A stretch of DNA of 63,641 nucleotides, counting the filler, from Choristocarpus tenellus KU-1152 (taxonomy: Eukaryota; Protista; Phaeophyceae): NCBI GenBank assembly GCA_964200185.2. It is 12 parts of 12 records of this genome, joined end to end, with 100 filler letters (N's around TTAATTAATTAA, not from the genome) between each part and the next. Parts side by side here need not be neighbours in the genome. Positions count along the whole stretch, not along the records: positions 60,540 to 63,641 come from CAXNAD020022307.1; 11 more parts are not named here. One strand, written 5' to 3'. The notes beneath the pieces were generated by a model. It was not told where the DNA came from. It was given only the letters and a program-made list of their open reading frames with translations, and did no database searches. This document shows positions 62,600 to 63,641 of the stretch, one piece after another (the first letter of the stretch is position 1; each line of letters opens with the position of its first letter). Position numbers and translations under genes: made by a program.

Positions 62600-63540
62600 G
62601 GGAAATTTTGAAGACGTTGTCACCCTTGGACACAAGCACTTCACCGTAGACTGCAAAGAGGCTCTGCCAGATGCATTCTATTGTCTCCCAGGGGCATGTA
62701 TCGAATGCCTCCATTGTGGCCTCCACCAGCTCCTCTGTGCCGGTTACCTCATGTCTTCCTTCAGTTGCCGGATGAAACGAAAGAATCCCAGGTCATTGAC
62801 ATTGAGGTTTGGCGAGTTGACTGGCTGGGTCTCTATGACAGTGTCGTCCCCCACCACCTCCTCAATTGCCTTCATGATCCCCCCCCCTTGGTGTGTAGCA
62901 TTGGCCCCATCCTGTTGCACAAAGATGGTGTGTCCTTCCAGCCTAAGCATGCAGGCCTTGATTGCTGGAATGACATCCTCAATAATGAGCTTCTTGTACC
63001 CTCTCCCCATCCACCGTGGCTGGCACAAGCACCTTGGTGCCCTTTGGGCAGAGTTTGCTGGAGTGCTGAGTAACCTTAGTGTCCACCATTGGCCAGATCT
63101 CGATTTTCCCATCGAACCACACCACGTTGGAGAGCTTCCTAGGGGGGGCCACAACTGCAAGGGACATCACCTTTATTGTGAAACATTTATCATGTGCCTC
63201 TGGGGATTTGGGGGTGTCCTCCATGGGGTGCAGGAACACATCTTGCCTATCTTTAAGGATGTAAAACCACTTCTCGTCTACATGCACCATGTCATAGAGA
63301 TCATCCACAAATACCCCACTTAACCCCACTCCTGTGTGTGTGACTGATGGCGAAACCCACTCTGTTGACTTTCTGCTGGTCTGAGAGGACTGACTTAATC
63401 CACCATTTGCCACTCACATTCTTGCACTTGCACAGATCCCACAACAACACAAAGGAGACCCCAGCTTCGGCAGTTCATTTGCGGAAGGACGTGCGCTGTA
63501 CTGATGGGACATCACAAACGTCACGGATGCTTGAATGGTC
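62600..63540 (-). mobile_element. Plant/oomycete-type mariner (DD39D-group) transposase pseudogene
   Basis: MVHVDEKWFY, KVMSLAVVAPPR, FDGKIEIWP, VQQDGA, TQPVNSPNLNVNDLGFF; frameshifted. Confidence 0.9.
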
Positions 63541-63641
63541 GGGGTCAAAGTATCTGGGGGGGGGGGGGGGCGGGCGGGCGCTTTTCACCCTTTTTTATGT
63601 TTTCCCTCTCTTGGGGTGATTTGTCCGCCAGTGTCGGTTTT

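Noticed and set aside
62340-63323. 327-aa plus-strand ORF
   Set aside because: Antisense shadow of the minus-strand mariner transposase

Overview
Eukaryotic genomic DNA that is rich in introns and transposons. It is most likely a photosynthetic stramenopile such as a brown alga; this is an inference from the PPR genes, bipartite plastid-type N-termini, TTAGGG repeats and long GT-AG introns. The window is 12 contig pieces joined by 11 artificial 100-bp linkers (44N-TTAATTAATTAA-44N), so adjacency across linkers cannot be trusted. Host genes: one complete 4-exon PPR gene (40670-44290), head-to-head with a PDE327-like FAD oxidoreductase, plus partial casein kinase 1, kinesin, PP2C, ATP12 and an unknown coiled-coil gene. 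Two decayed PPR paralogues form an inverted pair. Most of the rest is nested TE debris: a pogo/Tigger element, plant-type mariner relics, a chromodomain Ty3/gypsy element, CRE-like RT/RLE LINE relics, solo LTRs and possible KDZ transposase relics. About 30 copies or fragments of two related MITE families share termini and make variable 3-4 bp TSDs. No prokaryote-type system (CRISPR, operon) is present. The most interesting signals are the unclassified MITE system, its telomere-repeat junctions, and a CpG-island-like versus CpG-decay pattern.
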